59,694 nt of DNA from an uncultured Hydrogenophaga sp. (GTDB lineage Bacteria > Pseudomonadota > Gammaproteobacteria > Burkholderiales > Burkholderiaceae_C). Shown here piece by piece: positions 1-8,392 of the stretch (position 1 is its first letter; each line of letters opens with the position of its first letter). The notes under the pieces are model-generated. The model searched no databases, was not told the origin of the DNA, and saw only the letters and a program-made list of their open reading frames with translations. The stretch spans positions 1 to 59,694 of the forward strand of contig CAYUAH010000001.1 of the NCBI GenBank assembly GCA_964442375.1, in the 5' to 3' direction. Both the position numbers and the translations under genes were made by a program.

Positions 1-8
1 TGCCACCT

Positions 9-1184
9 TCAACGTTCCTTGATCGCCGCGCGGTCGTTGTACCAGTTCATCAGCAGCGATGTCGCCAGCGAGGTGGTGAGGTAGACCGCCATCACGATGG
101 CGATGCATTCCACCGCGCGCCCGGTCTGGTTGAGCGCCGTGTTGGCAATCGACACCACATCGGGGTAACCGATGGCCACCGCCAGCGAGGAGTTCTTGGT
201 CAGGTTGAGGTACTGGTTGGTCAGCGGCGGGATGATCACGCGCATGGCTTGGGGCAGCATCACCAGACGCATTTCCTGGCCCTTGTTCAGACCGAGGGCG
301 GCCGAAGCTTCTGCCTGACCGCGTGGCACCGACTGGATGCCTGCGCGCACCACCTCGGCCACAAAAGCGGCGGTGTAGATGGTCAGGCCCATGAGCACGG
401 CGATGAACTCGGGCGTCAGCGAGCCACCGCCTTCGATGGCGAACTCGCCTTCTTTGGGCATGGACAAGGCGGTGGGCGCACCGCCCACGATCCAGCCCAC
501 CAGACCGGCACCGAGGATGACGGCCAGCGGCGCCCAGAAGATGCTCGGCGGTTTGCCCGTGGCCTCGAAGCGGCGCCGCGCCCAGCCCCGGTGCAGCCAG
601 GCCAGGGCGACGCCGGCCAGCAGCCCGATGGCGGCCCACAGGTGGCCCGGAGCCCACTCGGGGATGGGGAAGTTGACGCCACTCTTGCTCAGGAAGACCG
701 GGCCGACGCGCCAGGCCTCGAACGAGGCGGGCAGCAACTCGGTCAGCAGCAGGTACCACATCAGCAGCTGCAGCAGCACCGGCACGTTGCGGAAGAACTC
801 CACGTAGGCCGAACACAGGCCGCGCACCAGCGCATTGCGCGAAAAGCGGCCGACGCCGATGAGGGTGCCGATCACGGTGGTCAACACGATGCCCAGCAAG
901 GCCACGCGCAAGGTGTTGGCCAGGCCCACCAGGAACGCGCGCCAGTAGGGCTCGGCCGAGTCGAAGGGGAACAGGCTTTCGCCGATGTCGAAGCCGGCGC
1001 TGGCCTTGAGGAAGTCGAAGCCGCTCTGGATGCCACGCACACGCATGTTTTCCAGCGTGTTGTGGGCCAGTATCCAGACCATCAGACCGATGACGGCGAC
1101 GGCGATGACCTGGTACACCAGACCGCGAAAGGCCTGGCTGCGCCAGGACCAGCGGCTGGTTTTGCTGGGTGGAGGTGCGCTCAT
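9..1184 (-). CDS. aapQ: General L-amino acid ABC transporter permease (AapQ/BztB)
   Basis: Multi-TM protein with EAA-loop region (RAGIQSVPRGQAEASAALGL) and 'LTKNSSLAVAIGYPD'; downstream of aapJ. Confidence 0.9.
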   Translation of the reverse strand: MSAPPPSKTSRWSWRSQAFRGLVYQVIAVAVIGLMVWILAHNTLENMRVRGIQSGFDFLKASAGFDIGESLFPFDSAEPYWRAFLVGLANTLRVALLGIVLTTVIGTLIGVGRFSRNALVRGLCSAYVEFFRNVPVLLQLLMWYLLLTELLPASFEAWRVGPVFLSKSGVNFPIPEWAPGHLWAAIGLLAGVALAWLHRGWARRRFEATGKPPSIFWAPLAVILGAGLVGWIVGGAPTALSMPKEGEFAIEGGGSLTPEFIAVLMGLTIYTAAFVAEVVRAGIQSVPRGQAEASAALGLNKGQEMRLVMLPQAMRVIIPPLTNQYLNLTKNSSLAVAIGYPDVVSIANTALNQTGRAVECIAIVMAVYLTTSLATSLLMNWYNDRAAIKER

Positions 1185-1199
1185 GGGAACACTCGGACA

Positions 1200-1270
1200 C
1201 CGCCGGCGCGATGGGTCGCGCTGGCGGGAGGGTCAAGAGAGGGGCACATGGTCAAACGCTCATGTGTCCC
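1200..1270 (-). other. Two intergenic stem-loops between aapJ and aapQ
   Basis: CCGCCGGCGCGA/TCGCGCTGGCGG and GGGGCACATG/CATGTGTCCC inverted repeats; typical mRNA-stabilising or attenuating hairpins after a binding-protein gene. Confidence 0.6.
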
Positions 1271-1286
1271 GGCCGGTCGATGCGGA

Positions 1287-2324
1287 TCAGCGCACCGGGA
1301 AGGCGTACTGCAGACCGCCCTTGGTCCACTGGTTGTTCAGGCCACGCGGCAGCGCCAGGGCCGACTTGGGGCCGACGTTGCGCTCGAAAATTTCGCCGTA
1401 GTTGCCCGTGGCCTTGACGCCGCGCAGCAGCCATTCCTTGTCCAGGCCCATGAGCTTGCCGGAGTCTTCGTTGCCGCCGCCCAGCAGGCGCTGCACCACC
1501 GGGTCGGTGCTGGTGGCCTTGAGCTGGTCGGCGTTGGCGGCGGTCACGCCGTATTCCTCGGCTTCGATCAGGCCGTACACCACCCACTTGGCGATGGTGA
1601 ACCACTCGTCGTCACCACGGCGCACCATGGGGCCAAGGGGTTCCTTGGAAATCAGTTCGGGCAGGATGATGTGTTCCGCCGGGTCCTTGGCTTCCTTGTT
1701 GCGCACCGAGGCCAGGCCCGAGGCGTCGGTGGTGTAGGCCACACAGCGGCCCGAGAAGTAGGCGCCAGTGGCGGCTTCCACCTTCTCAAACACCACCGGC
1801 TTGATGCCCAGGTTGTTGGCCTTGGCGTAGTCGGTCAGGTTTTTCTCGGTGGTGGTGCCGGACTGCACGCACACGGTCTGGCCCTTGAGCTGCTTGGCGC
1901 TCTTGATCTTGCTCTTGACCGGCACCATGAAGCCCTGGCCGTCGTAGTAGGTGACGGCGGTCTGGACCAGGCCCAGCGAGGCGTCGCGGGTCAGGGTGAA
2001 GGTGGTGTTGCGCGACAGGATGTCCACTTCGCCCGACTGCAGGGCAGTGAAGCGTTGTGCGGCGTTCAGGGGCACGTACTTGACCTTTTCTGCGTCGCTC
2101 AGCACGGCGGCGGCGATGGCGCGGCAGATGTCCACGTCCAGGCCGGTCCACTTGCCGCTGGCGTCGGCGGCAGAGAAGCCTGCCAGGCCAGTGTTGACAC
2201 CACACACCACCTGGCCACGTGCCTTGATGGCGTCCAGCGTCTTGCCCGCGTGTGCGGGCAAAGCGGCCAGGGAAGCGGCAAAGGCGACGGCAGCGGTGGC
2301 GAGGTGCAGGGTCTTGAATTTCAT
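1287..2324 (-). CDS. aapJ: General L-amino acid ABC transporter substrate-binding protein (AapJ/BztA)
   Basis: Signal peptide MKFKTL..AHA; motifs 'RFTALQSGEVDILSRNTT', 'ISKEPLGP', 'GNYGEIFERN'. Confidence 0.93.
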   Translation of the reverse strand: MKFKTLHLATAAVAFAASLAALPAHAGKTLDAIKARGQVVCGVNTGLAGFSAADASGKWTGLDVDICRAIAAAVLSDAEKVKYVPLNAAQRFTALQSGEVDILSRNTTFTLTRDASLGLVQTAVTYYDGQGFMVPVKSKIKSAKQLKGQTVCVQSGTTTEKNLTDYAKANNLGIKPVVFEKVEAATGAYFSGRCVAYTTDASGLASVRNKEAKDPAEHIILPELISKEPLGPMVRRGDDEWFTIAKWVVYGLIEAEEYGVTAANADQLKATSTDPVVQRLLGGGNEDSGKLMGLDKEWLLRGVKATGNYGEIFERNVGPKSALALPRGLNNQWTKGGLQYAFPVR

Positions 2325-2488
2325 GGATGGGCTCCAGTCATTGAACACGAGGATGGGTATGGCGGGGCTTGATGGCCCTGCCAAGCGCGGAACTGTAACG
2401 TGGGGAAAAAGCACGCAGCATCGGGGTTTACGCGGGCGCATCATGCAAATGCCTCATGGGTTTCCACACTCTTGCGCACGACGAAGAA

Positions 2489-2504
2489 TGCAGGTTCCAT
2501 GCCA
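2489..2504 (-). promoter_or_regulatory. sigma54 (-24/-12) promoter of aapJ
   Basis: Minus strand TGGCAT-GGAAC-CTGCA fits TGGCAC-N5-TTGCW, ~165 bp upstream of aapJ. Confidence 0.7.
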
Positions 2505-2537
2505 TGTATGCTTCGATCAGGCGCCCACACCGTTCCC

Positions 2538-2780
2538 ATGCAACATCGTTCACACTTCATCCACAGCAAGGACCAGAAACGGGGGTTTGTGCGCCTCTGG
2601 CAGCCCCGGCGTGGGCTGTTCTGGCTGATGGTCGCGTTCAACCTGCTGTCCAGCTTCATGGGCGGGGTGTTGCGCAGCGACATGCTGAGCCCACTGGGCA
2701 TGGCGGTGGTGGGCGTTTTTGCCTCGGGCAACGCCCTGGCCGGCACGTGGCTGGCGTGGCGCCTGTGGCGCGGTGACTGA
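2538..2780 (+). CDS. Small hypothetical membrane protein (2 TM)
   Basis: Two hydrophobic segments, host-like codon usage; start uncertain. Confidence 0.55.
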   Translation: MQHRSHFIHSKDQKRGFVRLWQPRRGLFWLMVAFNLLSSFMGGVLRSDMLSPLGMAVVGVFASGNALAGTWLAWRLWRGD

Positions 2781-2783
2781 ATT

Positions 2784-3602
2784 TCAGTCGGGCTGGGGCA
2801 CGATGTGACGGTAGGCGTGCCAGGTGGCGTGGCCTATCACCGGGCCGCTGACGAGCAGGCCCAGCAAGGCCGGCAGCATGGACACGCCGATGACCCCGGT
2901 GATCAGCGCGCCCCACAGCAGCATCACGCCGGGGTTTTGCAGGCTGGCGCGTATGCTGGTCAGGCCAGCCGAGATCGCGTCCACCTCGCGGTCCATGATC
3001 ATGGGGATGGAGATGGCGCTGGTGACAAAGATCAGGCCGGCGAACACCGCGCCCACCACAACATAGGTGATCAGAAAGGTGATGTTCTCGGGCGCGATCA
3101 GCGCGGGCAGCAGCTTCTCGGTGCTCGGCATGGTGTTGAAGGTGACGGCGAACACCACCAACGAGGCCCGACCCCACAGCATTTCCAGAATCAGCAGCAC
3201 ACCGGCGAAGATGGCCATGGTGCCCTTGGTGGGGCGCCAGGCCACCAGCGATTCCCCCAGCCGGGGCATCCGGCCCTGTTCCAGTGCGCGGCTGGCGTGG
3301 TAGAGGCCCAGACACAGAAACGGCCCCATCAGCAGAAAGCCGGCGCTGAGTGCCAGCACGTAGGCCGGTGCCGTGCGGAACACCCACAGCAGCGCGTGGC
3401 CCATGAGGAAAAAACACAGGCCGTAGAACAGGCCCAGCTTGGGTGAGCGCTTGAAATCAACCCAGCCCAGGGCCAGCCAGCGCAGCGGGTCACCCGCACT
3501 CAGCGTGGCCAGGGGCAGCGAGAAGATGGAGGATCCGCGCTCTTCCTGTGCGGTGTTGTGCTCCGGGCTGGCGGGCTGGTCGGGATCGGTGGCGGCGTTC
3601 AT
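2784..3602 (-). CDS. DUF2189 family integral membrane protein
   Basis: 'PLRWLALGWVDFKR', 'GFLLMGPFLCLGLY', 'PVIGHATWHAYR' signatures. Confidence 0.85.
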   Translation of the reverse strand: MNAATDPDQPASPEHNTAQEERGSSIFSLPLATLSAGDPLRWLALGWVDFKRSPKLGLFYGLCFFLMGHALLWVFRTAPAYVLALSAGFLLMGPFLCLGLYHASRALEQGRMPRLGESLVAWRPTKGTMAIFAGVLLILEMLWGRASLVVFAVTFNTMPSTEKLLPALIAPENITFLITYVVVGAVFAGLIFVTSAISIPMIMDREVDAISAGLTSIRASLQNPGVMLLWGALITGVIGVSMLPALLGLLVSGPVIGHATWHAYRHIVPQPD

Positions 3603-3691
3603 GGGTGGTGCTGATGGGACGACAAGCTTGAACATACCGCACGGGGTAGTCGCGTGGTCCTGTGGTTTTCCCGCCCGCATACACTGCCGCC

Positions 3692-4432
3692 ATGAGCGCC
3701 CATTTCCTTCCGCCGTGTGTGCCGGTCGACCGGCTTTTCTCCACCGTACAGCAGCAAGGCTACGCTGTGCTGGATGCGCGATCCGTGCAGCAATGGGCGG
3801 GTTTGTCGGCCCAGGCACTGGCCGCGCTGCAGCCCGCGTGGGACGACCTGCCCAGCGACGCCTACCTCAAGGACGGTGGCCGCTACCGGCGCCGTCGCCA
3901 CAGCTGTTTTGTGGTCGATGGCGACCGCGTGGAACAGGTGCCCCACCGCGCCCACTGGCAGCCCATTGCCTACAATGCCTTGCACGGCGGCATGCTGCGC
4001 TGGTTCGAACCCATGGACCCTGCCATGGTGGCCAACCCCAGCTGGACGCAATTGCTGCGGCAACTCTCGGCGGCGGCCTCCAGCCTCAAGGGCCAGCAGC
4101 CCTGGTACATCGAGTCGCACCTGTTCCGCATCGACACCACCGACGGCATCGGCCGGCCCACGCCCGAAGGCGCGCACCGTGACGGGGTGGACTTCGTGGC
4201 GGTGTTCATGGTCGGGCGCCACCGCATCAAGGGCGGTGAGAGCCGTGTCTTCGAGGCCCAGGGGCCCAACGGCCAGCGCTTCACCTTGACCGAGCCCTGG
4301 TCGCTGCTGCTGCTGGACGACGAGCGCGTGATCCACGAAACCACGCCCATCCAGCCGGTGGACGGGCCCGATGGCCTGGGCTGGCGCGACACGCTGGTGA
4401 TCACCCTGCGTGCCGGCGGCTTCCAGGAATGA
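3692..4432 (+). CDS. 2OG-Fe(II) dioxygenase (BsmA/PF10014-like)
   Basis: 'DGGRYRRRR', 'PTPEGAHRDG' (HxD), distal 'HETTPI', 'RDTLVIT'. Confidence 0.85.
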   Translation: MSAHFLPPCVPVDRLFSTVQQQGYAVLDARSVQQWAGLSAQALAALQPAWDDLPSDAYLKDGGRYRRRRHSCFVVDGDRVEQVPHRAHWQPIAYNALHGGMLRWFEPMDPAMVANPSWTQLLRQLSAAASSLKGQQPWYIESHLFRIDTTDGIGRPTPEGAHRDGVDFVAVFMVGRHRIKGGESRVFEAQGPNGQRFTLTEPWSLLLLDDERVIHETTPIQPVDGPDGLGWRDTLVITLRAGGFQE

Positions 4433-4433
4433 C

Positions 4434-5417
4434 TTACTGAGGGACGAAACCCGTTTCTTTGATGATGCGGGCCCACACCTTGGCGTAGGCCGCCTCGCGC
4501 GCGGCCAACTGCTGGCTGCTGCTGAAGCCCACGGTCAGGCCCATGGCGGTGAGCTTGGCGTGCACGTCGGGCAGGGCCAGGGCTTTTTGCAGCGCGGCAC
4601 CAAAAGCCTCGACGGTGGCGGGCGGGGTGCCTGCGGGGGCGAAGATGCCGTAATAGGGCACGTCTTCGAAGCCGGCCAGGCCCAGCTCGGCGAAGGTGGG
4701 CACGTCGGGCAGGGCGGCCTGGCGCTTGTCGCCCAGCACCGCCACCACACGCAGCTTGCCGGCCTTGTGGTTCTCAATGAAGTCGGGCACCGAGGCGACG
4801 CCGGCCGGGATCTGGTTGCCCAGCATGTCGGCCATCAGCGGCGCGCTGCCGCGGTAGGGCGCGGCCACCAGGTCCAGCTTGTACTTGCCGCCGATCACCT
4901 TGACCAGGAACTCGGGCACCGAGGCCGGCGCGGGCACGCCCACCGAGCCCTTGGTCTGCTTTTGCGTCCAGGCCACGTACTCGTTGAAGTTCCTGGCCGG
5001 CGTGCCGCCGGAGACGGCGAAGGCGTTGACGAAGGTGGCGAAGCCGGCCACCGGCACAAAGTCCTTGGCGGGTTCGTAGCCCGCGTTTTTCATGACCAGT
5101 GGCAGGATGGAGATGCTGTGGTCGTGTGAAAGGAAAAAGGTGGTGCCGTCGGGCGCCGCTGCCTTGAGTGCCTGGCCCGCGATCTGGCCACCGGCGCCAG
5201 GCTTGTTGTCCACCACCACGGTGGCGCCCAGCGCGTCCTTGAGCGGTTCGGCCAGGATGCGGGCGATGGCGTCGGTGCCGCCGCCGGGCGGGAAGCCCAC
5301 CATGAGCCTGATGGTTTTGCCGCTCTGGGCGAAGGCTGTGCCACTGAAGGCGCTGGCGGTGATCAGGGCGGCGCACAGGGCGCTGCGCAACAAGGGGCGG
5401 CGGGCAACAGAGGGCAT
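4434..5417 (-). CDS. Bug/TctC tripartite tricarboxylate transporter substrate-binding protein
   Basis: 'GFPPGGGTD', 'VDNKPGAGG', 'PYRGSAP', 'LPDVPTFAE'. Confidence 0.92.
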   Translation of the reverse strand: MPSVARRPLLRSALCAALITASAFSGTAFAQSGKTIRLMVGFPPGGGTDAIARILAEPLKDALGATVVVDNKPGAGGQIAGQALKAAAPDGTTFFLSHDHSISILPLVMKNAGYEPAKDFVPVAGFATFVNAFAVSGGTPARNFNEYVAWTQKQTKGSVGVPAPASVPEFLVKVIGGKYKLDLVAAPYRGSAPLMADMLGNQIPAGVASVPDFIENHKAGKLRVVAVLGDKRQAALPDVPTFAELGLAGFEDVPYYGIFAPAGTPPATVEAFGAALQKALALPDVHAKLTAMGLTVGFSSSQQLAAREAAYAKVWARIIKETGFVPQ

Positions 5418-5500
5418 GCAGGGGCTCCTGGAAATGGCGCGCAAGCGTGGCGCAAAACCCGCACCATAGCGCAAAAACGGATGCCCTCCGGCACGGGCGG

Positions 5501-6445
5501 TCAGCCCCGTATCGGGCCGGGCGCCACCAGAAGCTCTACCGCCTCGCGCAAGGGGGGCGGCATGCGGCGCAGGCTCTCGCTGCCGGGCAGCAGGCTGTAG
5601 CGCCGGCCGGCCGGCAACAGGTGCAGGCGCACGCCCAGCATCTCCAGCCGCTCGCGGCTTTCGATGTCGTCGAAATTGCTGCGCAACTGGCGGCCGTCGA
5701 GCAAGGTCACGGTGCCGCGTCCCACCACTTCCACACCCAAGCCGCGCTCGATGACCAGGGCGGTGTCCTCGTCTATGCCCACGCCCAGCATGTCGGGGCG
5801 CTGGGCCAGCACGGACAGCAGCCGGCCCAGGCGGCCGCGCTCGGAAAAGTGCTGATCGATGATGGCGCGCGACACGAAGCCCAGGCCCAGGTCCAGCTCG
5901 GCGGCCTCCTTTTCGGGCAGGCGCGGTGTGTCGCCCTGGGCCAGCATGTGGCGCGACAGCACGGCCGCGCCGGCACTGGTGCCGGCAATGCAGCAGCCAC
6001 GCAGGTGAAAGGCGGTGTGCAGGGCGCGGAAGGCCTCGGTTTCCCACAGCAAGGCCATGAGGCGGCGCTGGTCGCCGCCGGATATGAACAGGCCATCGGT
6101 GTCCAGGATCTGGTCCGCCACAGCCGGGCTGTTGGCGTGGTCCACATCGGTGATGTCCAGGTGGGCGGTGTGGCTGGCTCCCAGTTCGTCGAACACGCGC
6201 TGGTAGGCGCGCCACACACCCTGCGGGTCGGCGCTGGCGGCCGACAGCACGCGGATGCGGGCACCCGGTCCACCGCTCAGTTCGACGAAACGGCGCAGGA
6301 TGACGCGGTCCTGCATGCGGTCTTCGGCGCCGCCAATGGGCATCAGGCGGCCGATGCGGCGCGGCAGCGCCGGCACCTGTGCCCAGGCGGGCGGCGCGAG
6401 CAGCCCCCAGGTGGCGAGCTGCATCAGGTGTCTTCGTTGGGGCAT
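5501..6445 (-). CDS. Cyanophycinase (peptidase S51) with Tat signal peptide
   Basis: 'IGGAED', 'SGGDQ', nucleophile 'GTSAG', 'DQHF', 'GIDEDT'; N-terminal QRRHL..AWA; start could be GTG 6466. Confidence 0.85.
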   Translation of the reverse strand: MPQRRHLMQLATWGLLAPPAWAQVPALPRRIGRLMPIGGAEDRMQDRVILRRFVELSGGPGARIRVLSAASADPQGVWRAYQRVFDELGASHTAHLDITDVDHANSPAVADQILDTDGLFISGGDQRRLMALLWETEAFRALHTAFHLRGCCIAGTSAGAAVLSRHMLAQGDTPRLPEKEAAELDLGLGFVSRAIIDQHFSERGRLGRLLSVLAQRPDMLGVGIDEDTALVIERGLGVEVVGRGTVTLLDGRQLRSNFDDIESRERLEMLGVRLHLLPAGRRYSLLPGSESLRRMPPPLREAVELLVAPGPIRG

Positions 6446-6510
6446 GGGTGGGGGCAGCGTTTTCACAGTGGCGGCATTATCCCAAGGCCGCAGCAAGCAC
6501 AATGGCGGGC

Positions 6511-7872
6511 ATGGACGCCCTACCGACCGCCGCCGCTCCCCTCGTACCCGATCGCCTGCTGCCGCCTGACGACGGCCAACGCGTGTTGCTGCACAACGAG
6601 GTGCATGCCCGTCCCTCGGCGCGCATCCGCCTGCCGGCGCTGATCGTGTTCGTGGCCGTTCTCAATGAGGGCGTCAGCCGTGAACAGGAGTGCGACCACC
6701 TGCGCCGCTTGCCGGGCCAGGCCGACTTGCCGCTGGACAGCCTGCAGGGCAACTTCCTGCGCTTGCGTTTTGCGCAGCACACGCTCAAGTGGGAGCGCCA
6801 CACCGAATTCACCCGCTATTCGCTGGTGCAGGCCTTGCCCGAGGGGGCCGGCTTGGGCGCGGCGCAACCCGATCTGCTGCGGGAGCTGGCGGTGCCAGCC
6901 GACTGGCTGGCCAGCCTCCCGGGGCGCACCGTCGCCGCCATACAGCTCGCCATGGTCAACGCCGACTGGCCCGAGCCCACACCCGCCGCCCATGCGGCCC
7001 TGATGGCCCAGGCCCAGCGCTGGCTGGGGCGCGACAGCCTGGTGGCTTCGCAGCTGGGCGGTGGCCATTCGTGGGCGCTGACCGATTTCGCCCTGCGCGC
7101 CGATGGTTTTGAGCGCATGCTCGTCATCGCGCCGCCCGGCACCACCGAAACCCGTGCCGGTCGCATCTCGCAGCGTTTGCTGGAGCTGGAGACCTACCGC
7201 CTCATGGCCTTGCGTGGCCTGCCGGTGGCCAAGGCCTTGTCGCCCACATTGGCCGATGCCGAACGGCGCCTGGCGGCCATCACCGCGCAGCTGGAGAACA
7301 AGAGCACGTCCGAACAGGCACTGCTCGATGAACTGGTGTCGGTGGCGGCCGGCGTGGAGCGCGCCACGGCCGAACACACCTACCGCTTCGCGGCCACCCG
7401 CGCCTACGACACCCTGGTGTCGCAGCGCATCACCGAGTTGCGCGAGAAGGCCATTCCGGGCACCCAGACCATGGGCGAATTCATGCAGCGGCGCCTGTCG
7501 CCGGCCATGGCCACGGTGGCGGCCACGGCGCAGCGCCTGGCGTCTTTGTCCGAGCGCATTTCGCGCGCCAGCGACCTGCTGCGCACGCGGGTGGACATCG
7601 TCACCGAGGCGCAGAACCAGCAGTTGCTGGAAAAGCTCACGCGTGGGCAGGAGCTCCAGCTGCGGCTGCAGACCACGGTGGAGGGCCTGTCCATCGCCGC
7701 GATCTCCTATTACGTGATCAGCCTGCTGCTCTACCTGGCCAAGGCTGGCAAGGCCGCCGGCCTGCCGCTGCACCCCGAGATGGCGGCGGGCGCGCTGGTG
7801 CCGGTGGTGTTGTGGGCGGTGTGGCGCACCACCCAGCGCATCCACCAGCGGCTGCATGGCGATGGCCATTGA
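6511..7872 (+). CDS. DUF3422 family membrane-anchored protein
   Basis: 'LHNEVHARP', 'KWERHTEF', 'LLELETYR', 'LRLQTTVEGLS'. Confidence 0.9.
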   Translation: MDALPTAAAPLVPDRLLPPDDGQRVLLHNEVHARPSARIRLPALIVFVAVLNEGVSREQECDHLRRLPGQADLPLDSLQGNFLRLRFAQHTLKWERHTEFTRYSLVQALPEGAGLGAAQPDLLRELAVPADWLASLPGRTVAAIQLAMVNADWPEPTPAAHAALMAQAQRWLGRDSLVASQLGGGHSWALTDFALRADGFERMLVIAPPGTTETRAGRISQRLLELETYRLMALRGLPVAKALSPTLADAERRLAAITAQLENKSTSEQALLDELVSVAAGVERATAEHTYRFAATRAYDTLVSQRITELREKAIPGTQTMGEFMQRRLSPAMATVAATAQRLASLSERISRASDLLRTRVDIVTEAQNQQLLEKLTRGQELQLRLQTTVEGLSIAAISYYVISLLLYLAKAGKAAGLPLHPEMAAGALVPVVLWAVWRTTQRIHQRLHGDGH

Positions 7873-7899
7873 CCCCCGATTCCTTCATCTGGAGACCCC

Positions 7900-8343
7900 A
7901 TGAAAGTTCTCGTCCTGCACGGCATCAACCTCAACATGTTCGGCAAACGCGATCCCACGCAATACGGCACCGCCACGCTGGCACAGATCGACCAGCAGCT
8001 GCAGGCGCTGGGCCAGGAGCTGGGCGTCGCGGTCGAGTCTTTCCAGACCAATTTTGAGGGCGCCATGTGCGAGCGCATCCACCAGGCCCACGCCGAGCAG
8101 GTCGATGCCGTGGTCATCAATGCCGGTGCCTGGACCCACTACAGCTACGGCATTCGCGACGCGTTGGCCATCCTGGCCTGCCCCATCGTCGAGGTCCACA
8201 TGTCCAACGTCCATGCCCGCGAGCCCTTTCGCCACCATTCGGTGATTGCCGACATCGCGCAAGGTCAGATCGCCGGCTTCGGAGTCGACAGCTATTTGTT
8301 GGGCCTGCGCACCGCCGTGAGCCACGCGCGCAAGTCCGTCTGA
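7900..8343 (+). CDS. aroQ: Type II 3-dehydroquinate dehydratase
   Basis: 'HGINLN', 'INAGAWTHYS', 'EVHMSNVHAREPFRHHS'; RBS GGAG. Confidence 0.95.
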   Translation: MKVLVLHGINLNMFGKRDPTQYGTATLAQIDQQLQALGQELGVAVESFQTNFEGAMCERIHQAHAEQVDAVVINAGAWTHYSYGIRDALAILACPIVEVHMSNVHAREPFRHHSVIADIAQGQIAGFGVDSYLLGLRTAVSHARKSV

Positions 8344-8392
8344 ACGTTGCCGCCCGCCAGCGCGCGCGACGCGCTTGAACTACCATGCCGGC

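Noticed and set aside
249-2372. Long antisense or alternate-frame ORFs (also 17587-19797, 35913-37442, 56673-58259 and many others)
   Set aside because: Shadows of real genes in high-GC DNA, with no family motifs
4434-6215. Over-long ORF-track calls (593 aa Bug; also 30458-32710, 49251-50930, 53592-55439, 56706-59093)
   Set aside because: The N-terminal extensions overlap upstream genes; true starts were chosen from RBS and signal peptides
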